Counted from the stretch's first letter, positions 41,266-55,490 are shown. The stretch is 64,000 bases of DNA from an uncultured cyanobacterium (GCA_963803805.1 CAWDOD010000002.1:896001-960000), one strand, 5' to 3'. The notes: a model not told the origin generated them from the sequence alone. Program-made: numbers and translations.

Positions 41266-41915
41266 ATGAAAACTATTGATAAGCGTCTGATTCCTATATT
41301 TACTGGTATTATTCTCGGTTTGGGTGGCTTAGGTTTATTCTTAGATTTGAACCATCGTAGTTCTTCTATTTCCACAGCCCCCAATAGCAATGATAATTCT
41401 TCTACCACCTCTGAGGTGACGAACTCCACCAGAAAGCCAGCCTTCTCACTTTTGAGATTTCCCCTTCTCCAGTTCGTCGAAAAAGTTTCTCCTCCCCCTT
41501 CCTCACCTCTCAGTGCCTAGTCAATCTCTAGATGGGGCGAATAAAGCCAAGGAGCGATAATAATTCTCCTCTGACTATTTACGTTGCAGACAATCAATGT
41601 AATAGTTTAGTAGCTCAAGAAGTCTCTTTTCGAGGAGATGATAGTCCTGTTGAAACAGCAGTAGGTCAAGTGATTGAGCAGATGACTAGTAGTGATTTTG
41701 CGGTGGCTGGTTATCGGGTAAATATAGACCCTCAAACTCAGGTTGCCACAATAGATTTGCGTCGTTCTCCTGATAGCCAAAGACCTTTTGCTGCTTTATC
41801 TAGTTGTGAAAAGTTTGCTCTCTTCGGTAGCCTGGAAAAAACCCTTGTGAATAATCCTCAATGGAATGTTCAAAAGGTGGTTTTTACAGAACAGGGAGAG
41901 GAAATAGTTCTTTAG
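41266..41915 (+). CDS. GerMN (sporulation/germination) domain protein, apparently split by frameshift(s) at ~41420-41560
   Basis: N-terminal TM in 41254..41520; C-terminal ATIDLR...LSSCEKFALFGSLEKTL...VVFTEQGEEIVL in 41532..41915. Confidence 0.65.
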
Positions 41916-42087
41916 TAAGCTGCCAGAAATGAATTTATCAACTTTTCAGAACTAGGGGTGTTCAGAAACAGGTGAGATAGGTCATAAATAAGATGAGCAG
42001 TAGTCCCTTTGCCAATTAACTGTTATAGGTTTGTTAGAGTTTTCAGTCTTAAGGTAGAGGTGACGGCTATTAATCTTATTTGAGGAA

Positions 42088-43263
42088 ATGCTTATGGCTT
42101 CTATCCCTGTAAAGATTCCTTTTGTCGATTTTGCGCCACAACATGAACCGATTCAAGCCCAATTAGAAGAAGCATTTCAAGCAGTTCTCCAACGAGGAGA
42201 TTTTGTTTTAGGGCAAGGAGTAGCTAACTTTGAAGAAGCCTTCAGCAAAGCTTCTGGGACTGAATATGGAGTAGGAGTAGCCTGCGGTACAGATGGAATC
42301 GCTTTAGGTTTAGAAGCTTGTGGTGTTGGAGCAGGGGATGAAGTTATTTTACCTGCCAATACTTTTGTCGCTACCTTAATCGGTATTATCCAAACAGGTG
42401 CTACCCCGGTAATGGTTGATTGCGATCGCGATACTGCTTTAATTGATTTGACTGCTGCCGGGAAAGCTGTTACCTCAAAAACAAAAGCGATTATCCCAGT
42501 GCATCTTTATGGGCAAATGGTTTCCCCTCAGCAATTATTGGACTTTGCCCAAACCCATAACCTGATTATTTTTGAAGATGCAGCCCAAGCCCATTTAGCC
42601 GAGAAAGAGGGCTACAAAGCTGGTTCTATTGGCAAAGGGGCGGCTTTTAGCTTTTACCCTAGCAAAAATCTAGGGGCTTTTGGGGATGCGGGAATGCTAC
42701 TAACTAGTGACTCAACAGTGGCGGCGAAAGCGAGGGCTTTAAGAAATTATGGGGCTTGTCGCAAATATTTCCATACTGAACCTGGTAGGAATAGTCGCTT
42801 AGATACTTTACAAGCTAACATTCTTAACCTCAAACTGCCCTACCTTCAACAATGGAATCAAGCCCGTAATAAAGCAGGGAAACTATACGATACCTATATC
42901 AAAGAATTACAACTTCCTGGCATGACCCCAATTCAGAACCAAAGCGATACCGGGCATATTTATCATCTTTATGTTGTTAAGGTTGAAGAATCTTGTCCCT
43001 TATCTCGACAGCAAATCCAGGAAGCCTTATCTAGCCAAGGTATACAAACAGGTATTCACTATCCAACTCCCTGTCATTTGCAACCAGCCTATGAATATTT
43101 GGGCTATAAAGAAGGGGACTTTCCTCATGCCGAGATTTTAGCAACAGAAATTCTTTCTTTACCCATGTATCCAGGTATTAAGGACATTCAAGTTCAAGAA
43201 GTAGTCGAAACTTTGCAAAGAGTTCTTGCCGGTAAACCAGGATTAGTAACTGGTGAACGATAA
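42088..43263 (+). CDS. DegT/DnrJ/EryC1/StrS aminotransferase
   Basis: EDAAQAH, FSFYPSKNLGAFGDAG, NSRLD, IHYP. Confidence 0.93.
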   Translation: MLMASIPVKIPFVDFAPQHEPIQAQLEEAFQAVLQRGDFVLGQGVANFEEAFSKASGTEYGVGVACGTDGIALGLEACGVGAGDEVILPANTFVATLIGIIQTGATPVMVDCDRDTALIDLTAAGKAVTSKTKAIIPVHLYGQMVSPQQLLDFAQTHNLIIFEDAAQAHLAEKEGYKAGSIGKGAAFSFYPSKNLGAFGDAGMLLTSDSTVAAKARALRNYGACRKYFHTEPGRNSRLDTLQANILNLKLPYLQQWNQARNKAGKLYDTYIKELQLPGMTPIQNQSDTGHIYHLYVVKVEESCPLSRQQIQEALSSQGIQTGIHYPTPCHLQPAYEYLGYKEGDFPHAEILATEILSLPMYPGIKDIQVQEVVETLQRVLAGKPGLVTGER

Positions 43264-43308
43264 CTTCGCGAATTCTAATAACTTACAAATCTCAACTGAA
43301 TTTTAAAT

Positions 43309-44217
43309 ATGCAACTTAAAAGTAAAACCTCTTTATTGCTGCAACCGCAATTTCTTTATTGGGCAATTTTTGCTCTTTTAACCATTCTCTACGGCCCCTT
43401 AATTATTCATTGGTGTAATGGCTGGCTATTCAAAAGTATTGGCATTGAACACGAATATTTTAGTCACGGCTTACTGGGCTTTCCCTTTGCTGCTTATATA
43501 GCTTGGTCACAAAGAGAAAAATGGGCAGAATTAAAAGATAAATCCCATCCTCTCGGTGGTATTTTGTTGGGTTTAGGAGCCGCTTTCTATTTAACAGGTG
43601 TTAGCGACTTTGTTAATCTGTCTTTCCCTATTGTTTTAGCTGGACTTTGTTTGTGGTTAAAAGGTATTCCTGGTTTTAAATTGCAAGGTTTTCCTCTCAT
43701 CTTAATTTTATTGGCAACTCCTAATTCAGTTCCCTATTTGATTACTCCTTACACCATGCCCTTGCAAAAGTTTATTGCGGGGACAGCAGGATTTTTTCTT
43801 ATTCAACTTGGACTTGATGTCACTGTTAAAGAAATTTATTTATTTTTAGGAGGACGTTTAGTCGAAGTAGCACCCTATTGTGCTGGTTTGAAAATGTTGT
43901 TCACCAGTTTATATGTATCACTAATGTTACTTTATTGGACTGGGGCAATTGAATCACGTAAAAAGACAATCTGGTTACTTTCTGGGGCAGTTATTATCAG
44001 CGTTGTTGCTAATATTGTACGTAATACTATCCTCAGTTTTCTGCACGGTACAGGTAATGAAGCAGGTTTTCATTTTGTCCATGAAAGTTGGGGTGGCGAT
44101 GTCTATTCTGCTGTTATGTTAGGTTTAATTGTCTTACTACTTCATTTAATAGAAAAATGGTTTCCTGATTATGGTTATGAAGAGGAAGAAGTTTACGAAA
44201 ATGCTGTTGAAGAGTAA
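43309..44217 (+). CDS. crtB: Cyanoexosortase B (symbol refers to the exosortase, not phytoene synthase)
   Basis: EHEYFSHG, VEVAPYCAGL (Cys), NIVRN (Arg), FVHESWGG (His); multiple TM helices. Confidence 0.88.
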   Translation: MQLKSKTSLLLQPQFLYWAIFALLTILYGPLIIHWCNGWLFKSIGIEHEYFSHGLLGFPFAAYIAWSQREKWAELKDKSHPLGGILLGLGAAFYLTGVSDFVNLSFPIVLAGLCLWLKGIPGFKLQGFPLILILLATPNSVPYLITPYTMPLQKFIAGTAGFFLIQLGLDVTVKEIYLFLGGRLVEVAPYCAGLKMLFTSLYVSLMLLYWTGAIESRKKTIWLLSGAVIISVVANIVRNTILSFLHGTGNEAGFHFVHESWGGDVYSAVMLGLIVLLLHLIEKWFPDYGYEEEEVYENAVEE

Positions 44218-44253
44218 TTTAAGTATCAAAATATAATTTCTCATTTAATATTC

Positions 44254-45003
44254 ATGGCTGAAATTAAACCCTATCAAGATCCCTTAGCTGATTCAGTGGT
44301 TAAGAAAAAAAACTCTTCCCTCAAATCAGTTCTGAAATTTGCTCCAGTATTATTGTTACTAATTTTAGTGGCATTTAAAGCTCTTCCTGGCTATTTTTCT
44401 TGGCAATGGTCTTGGCAAGAACCTATCCAAGTAACTAATCTTAGTCAAATTAAAAGTGTCCGTGAACAGCCAATAGACATACCAGGGTGGCAAAATATTG
44501 AACAGGAAGAAGTGGAAATTGGTGGGAACAAATGGTCCGTTCAGGTAATCAAAAAAGACCAAGACAAACCAGTTAATCTACTACTGCGCCCTCTCAATGA
44601 TCATAAATCTAAACCAGAAGTTGACTGGGTAGATATTCGAGGTGTACAAATTTGGCAAACTGACTCCCACAAAAAAATCAAATTTAGTGTTGATGAAAAT
44701 GTTCAAGTTAAAGCCCTTTTCTTTCGGGCTTGGACAGAAACTCAAACTTGGGCAGTAGTGCAGTGGTACGCCTTTCCTCAAGGAGGTGATCCTTACCCAT
44801 CAAGCTGGTTTTGGGCTGATCAAATAGCTCAACTCAAAGGAGAAAGAATTCCTTGGATTGCAGTTTGTTTACAAATGCCGATGAAACCTCTTGGGGACTT
44901 AGAAGAAATTCAACCAGAAGCCCAATCTCTCGCTGAAGCTGTACAATCTACTTTACTCAAAGAGGCTTTTTCTCAGTCAAAAACTCAAAGAACTAAAAAA
45001 TGA
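44254..45003 (+). CDS. Cyanoexosortase B system-associated protein
   Basis: Directly after the exosortase; PEVDWVD, AVVQWYA, WFWADQ. Confidence 0.8.
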   Translation: MAEIKPYQDPLADSVVKKKNSSLKSVLKFAPVLLLLILVAFKALPGYFSWQWSWQEPIQVTNLSQIKSVREQPIDIPGWQNIEQEEVEIGGNKWSVQVIKKDQDKPVNLLLRPLNDHKSKPEVDWVDIRGVQIWQTDSHKKIKFSVDENVQVKALFFRAWTETQTWAVVQWYAFPQGGDPYPSSWFWADQIAQLKGERIPWIAVCLQMPMKPLGDLEEIQPEAQSLAEAVQSTLLKEAFSQSKTQRTKK

Positions 45004-46187
45004 TTCGTGATCAAAAAACTAGAATCTGCGCTCTTTTTGTCTCTAGTGCTATGGTAGTTACTTGGGCAGATTTAGCAATGGGACAAAGTATTCCTATTCT
45101 TCCGGGAGAAACTCCTTCAGAGCCAATAGACGAATTTATCCCGGCACAACCCCCCACAACCTTCGGTACAGAGGAAGAAGAACTTTTACCTCCTGGAGAC
45201 TATTCTCCTCGATCCTGCACTCAAGACCGCAGCATCAATATTTATCGTCTCGGTATTAGCGATGGTATTAACGTAACAGTTCCCTTTTTTCCTGAATTTA
45301 GTGGTGGGGGAAATTTAGATTTGGAGGGTAACATCCTCTTACCCATTATTGGCAAAGTTCCTCTGTTAGGTTTAACTTTAGATGAAGCCCAAAACAGAAT
45401 TGCAGCAGAACTAAGGCGCTTTTTAGTTAAAGAAACGGAAGTTATTGTTTCTTTAGCAGGGGTGCGTCCGGCAGAAATTACCGTGGGAGGAGAAATAGTT
45501 AGACCGGGTTATTATCCCCTTGGTACAGGTAGCCAACTAGCTACAGTTATAACTGCTGCTGGAGGCACTACAGGATTAGCAGATCTACGTTCTATTATTG
45601 TACGCCGTGTACTCCCCACAGATGGCTCAGTAATTGAATGTAAAGCAGATTTATTCACCCCTTTGCAAAATGGAATGCCTTTACCAAATGTACGCTTACA
45701 AGATGGGGATGCGGTAATTGTTTCTAGAATAGAATTAGGTCAAGACCAAAGCTACGATAATGTCTTGGTTTCTCTTTCTAATTTGGCTCAACCTCAAATC
45801 ACCGTTAGAGTTCTGAGCTATCCTAATAATGGTATTGGTACTATATCCTTAGCAAATGGTAGTACTTTTCTTGATGCTTTAAGTTCGGTAGCTAGTAATA
45901 TTACCCAAGCAAATGTTAACGAAATTGCCTTAATTAGATTTGATCAAGAACAAGGTAAAGCCGTTACTCAAGTTCTCAACGGTAGAGCGGCTCTTTTTGG
46001 AGATATTTCTCAAGATATTCCTTTGCAAGATAATGATGTTATTGTAGTTGGTCGCACTTTAGTTGCTAAAATCACTAACGCTCTCAATGTCTTCACTCAA
46101 CCATTCCGAGATATCCTTGGCTTCTTGCTTTTCTTTGACTCTTTAGCAGAAAGTGCAGATAATTTGTTTGTTCCTAACCAAAGATAA
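45000..46187 (+). CDS. Wza-like polysaccharide export protein (Poly_export plus SLBB domains)
   Basis: YRLGISDGINV, GNILLPIIG, LQDGD, LQDNDVIVV. Confidence 0.88.
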   Translation: MIRDQKTRICALFVSSAMVVTWADLAMGQSIPILPGETPSEPIDEFIPAQPPTTFGTEEEELLPPGDYSPRSCTQDRSINIYRLGISDGINVTVPFFPEFSGGGNLDLEGNILLPIIGKVPLLGLTLDEAQNRIAAELRRFLVKETEVIVSLAGVRPAEITVGGEIVRPGYYPLGTGSQLATVITAAGGTTGLADLRSIIVRRVLPTDGSVIECKADLFTPLQNGMPLPNVRLQDGDAVIVSRIELGQDQSYDNVLVSLSNLAQPQITVRVLSYPNNGIGTISLANGSTFLDALSSVASNITQANVNEIALIRFDQEQGKAVTQVLNGRAALFGDISQDIPLQDNDVIVVGRTLVAKITNALNVFTQPFRDILGFLLFFDSLAESADNLFVPNQR

Positions 46188-46266
46188 ATTGACCTAAGAT
46201 AGAACAAAAGTCTAACCTTACTACTATCTCTAAGTAGAAAGCATCGCCAAATCCTTTCTCATAGCT

Positions 46267-48480
46267 ATGACCTCCCCTATTGTCAAACGTTTTTTAATCT
46301 CTCTAAACCAAAATAAGTTTGTTGGTTTATTTGTTTTCTTATTAATTCTTGGTGGTTCAGGAGTCTTTGCTATGATCCAAAAACCTCCTGCCAATAGTTT
46401 TATTTCTGTAGGGAGCCTAGCTTTTGAAACTCCTCCTCCTCTGTTTACGCAAACTGGACAGCAGATTCAAGAACAAGGACGCATAGTTAACGAAAAAATC
46501 TTGCTGTCCCCAGGAGTACTGGAAAAAGTTCTTACCAAGCTGAATATTAACCCTGACGATAAAGAAGCTCAAAAGTTAGTTCAGGATATAGTTGATAACA
46601 CTAAGATTGCTTTACCTGATGAGAAAGAAGGTCAGCCTTTAATAGTTGTGGGCTATACCAGCCCAGATAAAGAGAAGTCCCAAACCATCCTTACCGTCTT
46701 ATTAGATTCGATGGTTGAGCATAGTGAAAACCTCAACAAAGCTCAACTAACAGCCAAGATTGAAGCTATCAGGGAGCGCTTGCCAGAAGCAGAAAGGGAA
46801 TTAGATCAAGCGGAAGACAATCTTGATAGTTATGTTCGTAAAGAAGGTTCCCAAATCTTGGCAGCTTTAGATGGTTCTTTGGTCGGGAGAATTACTGGTT
46901 CTCAAAAACAGCAAGAGGATAAAGAATTAGCTTTAGAAGCTGTTAAGGCTCAAATGAGCAGTATTGAGGGCAAGTTAGAGATGAGCGCTGCTGAAGCGAA
47001 AGATAATGCAGCATTAAGTGCTGATCCCATTGTCGCCAACGCTCAAGCAACTATATTAGATTTAGAGCGACAAATCCAAGTTTTGGAAGAAAACTATCTT
47101 TCTAGCTATCCTCCTCTGGTTCAGTTGCGCGAACAACTTGCCATTAGTGAGAAGTTTTTACGGCAACGAGCTAGGGATGTGGTAGGTAATGACCGAGTTT
47201 TCACCTTACCTTTAGAGGCACTAAGAGTTAAAAGTAGCTTAGATCCCGCCAGACAGCAGCTAGCGAATCAACTAGTTGCCTTGGATACCCAAAGGGAAAC
47301 CTTAGAAAAAGAAATTGAAACCCTAATAAGAATTAGAAAGGAACTTCGCCAAGAATACGAGCAGTTTCCTAACAAACAAATGCAGCAACAACGCTTGCAA
47401 CAGGAAGTAGCTCTTAAACAAACTTTTTATTCCCAAATTAAAACAGCTTTAGTAGATGCTCAAGCGGCTGAAGTGGAAACTACAGGTAGCTTAACCATTG
47501 CTGAACTTCCAGCTACTAAATCAGGAGAGGTAAAAGAACCCCTTAGCCCACCTCTGGTTATAGCGGCTGGTGGTGTAATTGGTATCTTAGCTGGGGCTGG
47601 AGTCATCTTTTTATTAGCCACCTTAGATCCTCGGTTACATACCCCAGAAGAAATTCGCGAGAAACTTATAGAACAAGATGTTCCTCTTTTAGGAGAAATT
47701 CCTTATATTTATAGTTTTGCTCCCGGACAAGAAGAAACAGCTATTTTACAAGAACTTGACTCTCCCTATCTCTCTTTCTACGAAAGGTTACGTAGCAAAC
47801 TTCGCCGTCTTTCTACTCCTTCCCCTAAGATGGTACTAGTTACTAGTACTTTAGGACATGAAGGTAAAACTACTACAGCTTATAATTTGGCCATTGCTTC
47901 AGCTTGTGCTGGGCAGCGTACCCTGTTAATAGAGGCTGATTTACGCTCAAATTCAGCAGCTAAAGACCTTAAGATTAGCCCCGATCCAGAAGCTCGTTTA
48001 GAACCTTTGAGTTATTATAATTCCCGAAGTGATTGTATCCGTTTGGTTCCAGAGGTTGAAAATTTATATATTGTTCCTAGTCCCGGTAAGCAAAAACGGG
48101 CCGCTGCAATTATTGAGTCTAGTGAATTAGAGCAACTTTTAAAAGAAGTAAAAGGGCGCTTTGATTTTATTGTTGTAGATACTCCTTCTCTGGCTAGTTG
48201 CAATGATGCTTTGCTTATACAACCATTAACCGATGGTATGATAATAACTACCCGTCCAGGAGAAACTAAAGGAAGTATGCTGAGTGAAGCTCTCGATCAG
48301 CTTACTGAGGCAGAGTTACCTCTTTTAGGGGTAGTGATTAATGACATTGAGCTAGATGTTCCTCTAACTGAAACTCCTTCTAAAGCTAAACAAAGGAAAG
48401 AGTTAGAAGAAGTAGATGTTGATTATGAAACTTCTGAGGAGTTAGAAGAAGAGGTTGCCGCAGAAACAATTTATCGTTGA
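46267..48480 (+). CDS. Wzc/GumC-like polysaccharide co-polymerase with tyrosine-kinase domain
   Basis: Two TM segments flanking a coiled coil; TSTLGHEGKTT, IEADLR, VVDTP. Confidence 0.88.
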   Translation: MTSPIVKRFLISLNQNKFVGLFVFLLILGGSGVFAMIQKPPANSFISVGSLAFETPPPLFTQTGQQIQEQGRIVNEKILLSPGVLEKVLTKLNINPDDKEAQKLVQDIVDNTKIALPDEKEGQPLIVVGYTSPDKEKSQTILTVLLDSMVEHSENLNKAQLTAKIEAIRERLPEAERELDQAEDNLDSYVRKEGSQILAALDGSLVGRITGSQKQQEDKELALEAVKAQMSSIEGKLEMSAAEAKDNAALSADPIVANAQATILDLERQIQVLEENYLSSYPPLVQLREQLAISEKFLRQRARDVVGNDRVFTLPLEALRVKSSLDPARQQLANQLVALDTQRETLEKEIETLIRIRKELRQEYEQFPNKQMQQQRLQQEVALKQTFYSQIKTALVDAQAAEVETTGSLTIAELPATKSGEVKEPLSPPLVIAAGGVIGILAGAGVIFLLATLDPRLHTPEEIREKLIEQDVPLLGEIPYIYSFAPGQEETAILQELDSPYLSFYERLRSKLRRLSTPSPKMVLVTSTLGHEGKTTTAYNLAIASACAGQRTLLIEADLRSNSAAKDLKISPDPEARLEPLSYYNSRSDCIRLVPEVENLYIVPSPGKQKRAAAIIESSELEQLLKEVKGRFDFIVVDTPSLASCNDALLIQPLTDGMIITTRPGETKGSMLSEALDQLTEAELPLLGVVINDIELDVPLTETPSKAKQRKELEEVDVDYETSEELEEEVAAETIYR

Positions 48481-48562
48481 TAAACAAGCAGGAAGCAGAA
48501 AAGAGTTACAGCCTCTTCAGTGCGATAAGCTTCTGGCATAGCTTCCCTTATGTTTCTCTGTT

Positions 48563-48624
48563 GTAGGGTGCGTTCCTTAAGAAAATTCTTCCTTTCAAGC
48601 CAAATATTTTGATAGGAACGCACC
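48563..48624. repeat. GTAG-type REP-like inverted repeat
   Basis: GTAGGGTGCGTTCCT...AGGAACGCACC between convergent genes. Confidence 0.5.
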
Positions 48625-48795
48625 ATCCCCGTTGCTAATATTCAGAAAGTAATTTTGTGAGTAATGATGCGTTAAGTGCTGATTCATAAATTTATCTGGC
48701 TCATTTATAGTTTTTTGGCAGCACCAACATACCCTGCAAAATTAGCGACACTAAATAAACAATATTTTAATGCTTTCTTTTGACGGTGTATCAGC

Positions 48796-49455
48796 TTAAT
48801 TTTTTTCTTGCCAAGTATAAATAAAAGGCTTATCTTCAGCCCCCCAAACTCTCTGCCCTTCATCATTTAAGCCTTTGTCCCAAGTTTCCATTCCTTGAGC
48901 ATTAAGAATAACTAAATTAGTAATTTTAGTTGCTCCCCGAAAGTTGGTAGGACAGCCTTCCGGGGGAGTTTTGCCTAGATAAATAGTTGCTATAGGAACC
49001 AGGAAAACACTACAATTAACATCCGTTAATCCCTGGCTTGAAACAACTCTATTTACTTCTGGTTGAAGGCACAAATCCACTAAAGTTTCAGGTTCAAAGT
49101 ATTGAAAAGATTTAGATTCTACTCCTTCTCCATAAGGATTGGCAGCAAGGCGTAAAATCCTTTGCCGATAGGGCTGATCAAGCTTTTCTGCTAAAGCTTG
49201 TTCCTGATAAAGGAAGATAGAATTAGGAATATTAAAACTAGAATTTGCTTCATCTAAGCGAACCTGACAAGTAGTCATGCGAACATTAACCCGATTAGGA
49301 TCAACAGTAACTTGTTGAGAAGTATCCATAACTCCTATTAGATGAGAAGCAACATCCTCTACTTGAGCTAATTTTGGTGAAGCAATGGCTTGAGAGCTAA
49401 GGGTTAACAAACTGGTAATTGCCAACTCCAATACTGAGTCAATCTTTGTGGTCAT
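48796..49455 (-). CDS. CpcT/CpeT-family chromophore lyase-like protein
   Basis: LYQEQAL...PYRQRILRL, GCPTNFRGA, TWDKGL...VWGA; start uncertain (ORF track 49494). Confidence 0.8.
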   Translation of the reverse strand: MTTKIDSVLELAITSLLTLSSQAIASPKLAQVEDVASHLIGVMDTSQQVTVDPNRVNVRMTTCQVRLDEANSSFNIPNSIFLYQEQALAEKLDQPYRQRILRLAANPYGEGVESKSFQYFEPETLVDLCLQPEVNRVVSSQGLTDVNCSVFLVPIATIYLGKTPPEGCPTNFRGATKITNLVILNAQGMETWDKGLNDEGQRVWGAEDKPFIYTWQEKN

Positions 49456-49520
49456 AATGTATATGTTTCTCCCCCTGTTCTGCGGTAGAGACATTCTGGC
49501 CGAACGTCTCTACAATCTGA

Positions 49521-52500
49521 TTATTCTGACTGAGTACCCCAACCAGAATTACCAATACTCTCATCATCAATTACAGCATTGAACCCTTCTTTAGAAAAAG
49601 GACGTTCAGAACGAGTATAGGCGCGGGCGGTACGGTCATCAAGAACAACATCCATGGGATCTTGATTGCCAATATTAGCCCCCCCATCTCCTACGCTACC
49701 ATAGGGATAAACTGCTGCACTAGCAATACTTTGGTCTGTTTCCATCGGTGGGTTAAGAGACTCATCACTATGTTGATTGAAACCAGTACCGGCGGGAATT
49801 AAGCGCCCGATAATCACATTTTCTTTCAAACCCCTCAACCAATCAGATTTGCCTTCAATAGCAGCTTCGGTTAGAACCCTGGTGGTTTCCTGGAAAGAAG
49901 CTGCGGAGATGAAGCTATCTGTATTTAGAGAAGCTTTGGTAATCCCCAACAATACGGGAGTATATCGCGCAGGTGCGCTACCGGTGATGGACATGGCTTC
50001 GTTAACTTGTTCAATTTGGCGCAGTTCCACAAGTTCCCCTGGTAGGGTGGTAGTATCACCTCCATCATCTACTCGTACTTTAGAAGTCATCTGACGAACA
50101 ATAACTTCAATGTGCTTATCAGAAATGTCAATGCCTTGGGATTGATATACTGACTGAACTTCATTCACTAAGAAAGCTTGAGCCTGTTGTAAACCCAATA
50201 AAGCCGCTTCATAAACCCCATGTTCTTCGAGATGATAGTTAAAGAAAATCTCTAAAATTTCATGGGGATTAGCTGGCCCGTCGGTTAAAGGAGTACCGGT
50301 TTGTACTTGCTGTCCATCACTGACGAGGGCATTTTGACCAGGGCGTAGGGGATAGTCAGCAATAGTACCATCTTCTTCAATTACTTTCACATCTACCACA
50401 TCGTCTTCATCGTAAACTACTTGAGCTACACCAGGAAGGCGAGCTAGGATACAAGCTTCTTTCGGTTTGCGTCCTTCAAGTAATTCTTCAATACGAGGTA
50501 AACCTTGAATAATATCTCCAGTTTTTGCTCTTTCAAAAACTAACAGAACCAAGTGATCACCACGCTGTACCAAGTCGCCATCATCAATATGCAGTACTGC
50601 ACCAGGGGAAACACGATAAGGGCGGGCAAGGCGAAGAGTAACTTGGGAGGGTTCAACTTTTACCACTTGCCCAGATTCTTCAGTGAAAATTCCCGAAGCC
50701 AGTTCACTACCTGCTACTAGGAGGTCGCCTTTTTTAACTTTCGTTTCCCCTTCTATGGGGATAGTTAGGCGATCGCCTTCTCGAACTACTAGAACCCGGC
50801 GAATTGCTTCTACCCCTTCCCTAATACCTCGTACTTCTCCAGATTCTTTACATTGAATTTCTGTACGAGCAACTACAGCACCGGGAGCTATTTCATCCCC
50901 ATCTTTAACTAAGACACGGTTTTTTGTGCCGCCACTATGGGGTTCATTAGAGCGATCACGCCTCAAAACTAAGGTTTCTGTACAAACTAGCTGTAGGCTA
51001 TATTTGTCTGCATCTTCTTCGTTTTCACTAAGAGGAACCAATTCTAAGTCCGCAGCAAGGTTCGCGCGATCGCTTTTTTCTTCGTTTTCTTGGTGGCCAA
51101 TTTCCAAGGTTAGTTGAGTCCGCATCAGCTCTAAACCTTCTACAGACTTAACCCGCTCTCCATCTTTATAGAATAATCGCTGTACCGCTGCTAGTTTAAT
51201 TTCTCGATTAACTTTTTGATTAAGGGAACTAGTTTGAGGAGTTTCCGGTTCATTGGTAATGTTGTATTCTACCACCGGACGTAAGAGCAAAGCTGCTCCT
51301 GATGGGGTTTCCAAGTAGTCTGCATAACATAGTTCAGGGGGAACAACTCCAGGAATCACTTCTTCTCCAGCTTGAACCAATCTAGGTTCAGCATCTTTAG
51401 GTATACCTCCTTCCAACAGATGAAGATCCCCTGGTTTGATCACAATTTCCCGAAGAATATCATTTTTCTGAACTACTTCAACAACTCCAGAGGTTTGACA
51501 AAAGACATCTTTAACTACTTCTGTTCCTCCTTCTACATATTGACCATCTTCAACATTTAATAGAGAAAGATCCTTATTAACTTCGTGACACTCTTCCGGT
51601 ATCCAAACTAAGGTTCCTCCTTGAATAACTTCGTAACCTTGCTTACCTTTACTTTTTTTACCTACCTCTATTCCTGCATATTTGACCATACCTCCAGTAT
51701 TGGTATGGTAGCGTTCATCAATGAGTTCACCAATAATTTGCTGGTCAATGACTTTTGCTCCAGGAGCAACTTTCAACAGGTAGCGCTGCCCCTCTTCTGT
51801 TTCAATAACATATTGCTCTCTACCACCATTACTTTCCCTTCGGACTAGTGCTTGGTCAAGTTGGACTGAGGAGTTGACAATATCAATATTGCGGTTATCT
51901 TCTTCAGCAGAGAGGCGTACTATGCCCCCAGCTACACTAGAGAGTTTTGTTTCGGCAATAACAGTTTCTGGGGTGATTTCATCACCGTTTTTAACTACTG
52001 GTTCTGCTCCAGTGGGTAAGTTATAAACATCCCCTGACAATACCCAAAGCAAGCCCCCTCGAACCACATTACGGGTCGTATTGCCTTGGCGGTCAGTTTT
52101 TTCTTCCACAGCGAGTTTATCAAAGAGAACCTCTCCTGTGATGTCAGAAGCTACATCCTTAGCAGCTCTCTCCGTAGAACGAGCTTTTTTTCCTGCTGCT
52201 AGTTCTACTAACATCTCCCCTTCGGTTACGGTATCTCCATGTTTGACCCAAATCCTGGAGCCAGGGGTTAAATTATAGGTTTTTGAAACAGATTTACCAC
52301 CAGAGTTAGGTTTAATCGTTAAATCTCCTGCGACTTCTACTTGCTCTCGCTCATCCCCATGGCTAGTACGGACTACCCTGGTACGTAGTTTTTTGCCAAT
52401 TTCTACTTTTCCAGAGAAAGGAGCGCGAATTTGTTGAGCAACTTCTCCTGTAAATACCCCTCCTGTATGGAAGGTACGCATAGTTAGCTGAGTACCTGGT

Positions 52501-53483
52501 TCCCCAATGGATTGGGCGGCGATGATACCTACTGCTTCCCCTAAGTCTACAGGGTAGCCGTGGGCCAAGCTCCAACCGTAACAGGTTTGGCAAACAGATC
52601 TAGCTGCTTCACAGGTCAAAGGAGAACGTACCATAACATTGTCTGTAACAGCACCAATTTTATCTGCTAAGTCATGGTCAATGATTTGGTTGCGCTGAGC
52701 AACTACTTCTCCTGTTTCTTGGTCTACTACATCTTCAGCAAGAACTCGACCTAGAAGACGGTGAGCTAGGGGTATCAGAACCCTCTCACCGTCTCGCATA
52801 CTAGTGGCTCCGATGCTTCGTTGAGTGCCGCAATCAATTTCCCTGACGATAACATCTTGGGATACATCTACTAAGCGCCTAGTCAAATAACCAGAATCAG
52901 CCGTACGTAGAGCCGTATCTACTAGACCTTTACGAGCGCCGTAGGAAGAGATGATGTATTCTGTTACCGTGAGTCCTTCCCTAAAGTTAGTTTTAATGGG
53001 CAGGTCAATAATTTCTCCTTGGGGATTTGCCATTAACCCCCGCATTCCCACAAGCTGACGTACTTGAGAAAGATTACCTCGCGCTCCAGAGAAAGCCATC
53101 ATATAGACAGAGTTAAGAGGATTAGTGGTACGGAAGTTAGTAACTACTTCGTCTTTAAGAGCTTCACTAGTACTATTCCAAGTATCAATTACTTTTTGGA
53201 AGCGCTCTACTTCGGTTATTTCGCCTTTAGAATAGCGGGATTCAGTAACTTTTATTTCAGCTTCGGCTTCTTCAAGCATTTTTCGCTTGATAGGGGGTAC
53301 TTGCAAGTCATCAATACTAATAGATACCCCCGCACGGGTAGCATAGCGGAAACCCATTTCTTTGAGATGATCTGCCATTTGCGCTGAGCTAGCACTACCA
53401 TAATTGGTATAAGCCCAAGACATTAAACTTTTGAGTTGCTTCTTATCAACAATACGATTGAAAAAGACTTGTTCTTTACTCAT
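49521..53483 (-). CDS. rpoC2: RNA polymerase beta' subunit, C-terminal part (RpoC2)
   Basis: [48 protein letters not shown]. Confidence 0.98.
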   Translation of the reverse strand: MSKEQVFFNRIVDKKQLKSLMSWAYTNYGSASSAQMADHLKEMGFRYATRAGVSISIDDLQVPPIKRKMLEEAEAEIKVTESRYSKGEITEVERFQKVIDTWNSTSEALKDEVVTNFRTTNPLNSVYMMAFSGARGNLSQVRQLVGMRGLMANPQGEIIDLPIKTNFREGLTVTEYIISSYGARKGLVDTALRTADSGYLTRRLVDVSQDVIVREIDCGTQRSIGATSMRDGERVLIPLAHRLLGRVLAEDVVDQETGEVVAQRNQIIDHDLADKIGAVTDNVMVRSPLTCEAARSVCQTCYGWSLAHGYPVDLGEAVGIIAAQSIGEPGTQLTMRTFHTGGVFTGEVAQQIRAPFSGKVEIGKKLRTRVVRTSHGDEREQVEVAGDLTIKPNSGGKSVSKTYNLTPGSRIWVKHGDTVTEGEMLVELAAGKKARSTERAAKDVASDITGEVLFDKLAVEEKTDRQGNTTRNVVRGGLLWVLSGDVYNLPTGAEPVVKNGDEITPETVIAETKLSSVAGGIVRLSAEEDNRNIDIVNSSVQLDQALVRRESNGGREQYVIETEEGQRYLLKVAPGAKVIDQQIIGELIDERYHTNTGGMVKYAGIEVGKKSKGKQGYEVIQGGTLVWIPEECHEVNKDLSLLNVEDGQYVEGGTEVVKDVFCQTSGVVEVVQKNDILREIVIKPGDLHLLEGGIPKDAEPRLVQAGEEVIPGVVPPELCYADYLETPSGAALLLRPVVEYNITNEPETPQTSSLNQKVNREIKLAAVQRLFYKDGERVKSVEGLELMRTQLTLEIGHQENEEKSDRANLAADLELVPLSENEEDADKYSLQLVCTETLVLRRDRSNEPHSGGTKNRVLVKDGDEIAPGAVVARTEIQCKESGEVRGIREGVEAIRRVLVVREGDRLTIPIEGETKVKKGDLLVAGSELASGIFTEESGQVVKVEPSQVTLRLARPYRVSPGAVLHIDDGDLVQRGDHLVLLVFERAKTGDIIQGLPRIEELLEGRKPKEACILARLPGVAQVVYDEDDVVDVKVIEEDGTIADYPLRPGQNALVSDGQQVQTGTPLTDGPANPHEILEIFFNYHLEEHGVYEAALLGLQQAQAFLVNEVQSVYQSQGIDISDKHIEVIVRQMTSKVRVDDGGDTTTLPGELVELRQIEQVNEAMSITGSAPARYTPVLLGITKASLNTDSFISAASFQETTRVLTEAAIEGKSDWLRGLKENVIIGRLIPAGTGFNQHSDESLNPPMETDQSIASAAVYPYGSVGDGGANIGNQDPMDVVLDDRTARAYTRSERPFSKEGFNAVIDDESIGNSGWGTQSE

Positions 53484-53612
53484 TTTTTTTGGTTATCAGT
53501 TAAGGGGCGATCACTTAGTGTGAAGCTTTTGTTCTTCACAAGAAAGGCAAAAAGATAGTTAAACTTAAATCTTCAATATGTGAGATGTGTTTGTTGAAGT
53601 ACCGTTAGTTGT

Positions 53613-55490
<1,878 letters not shown>

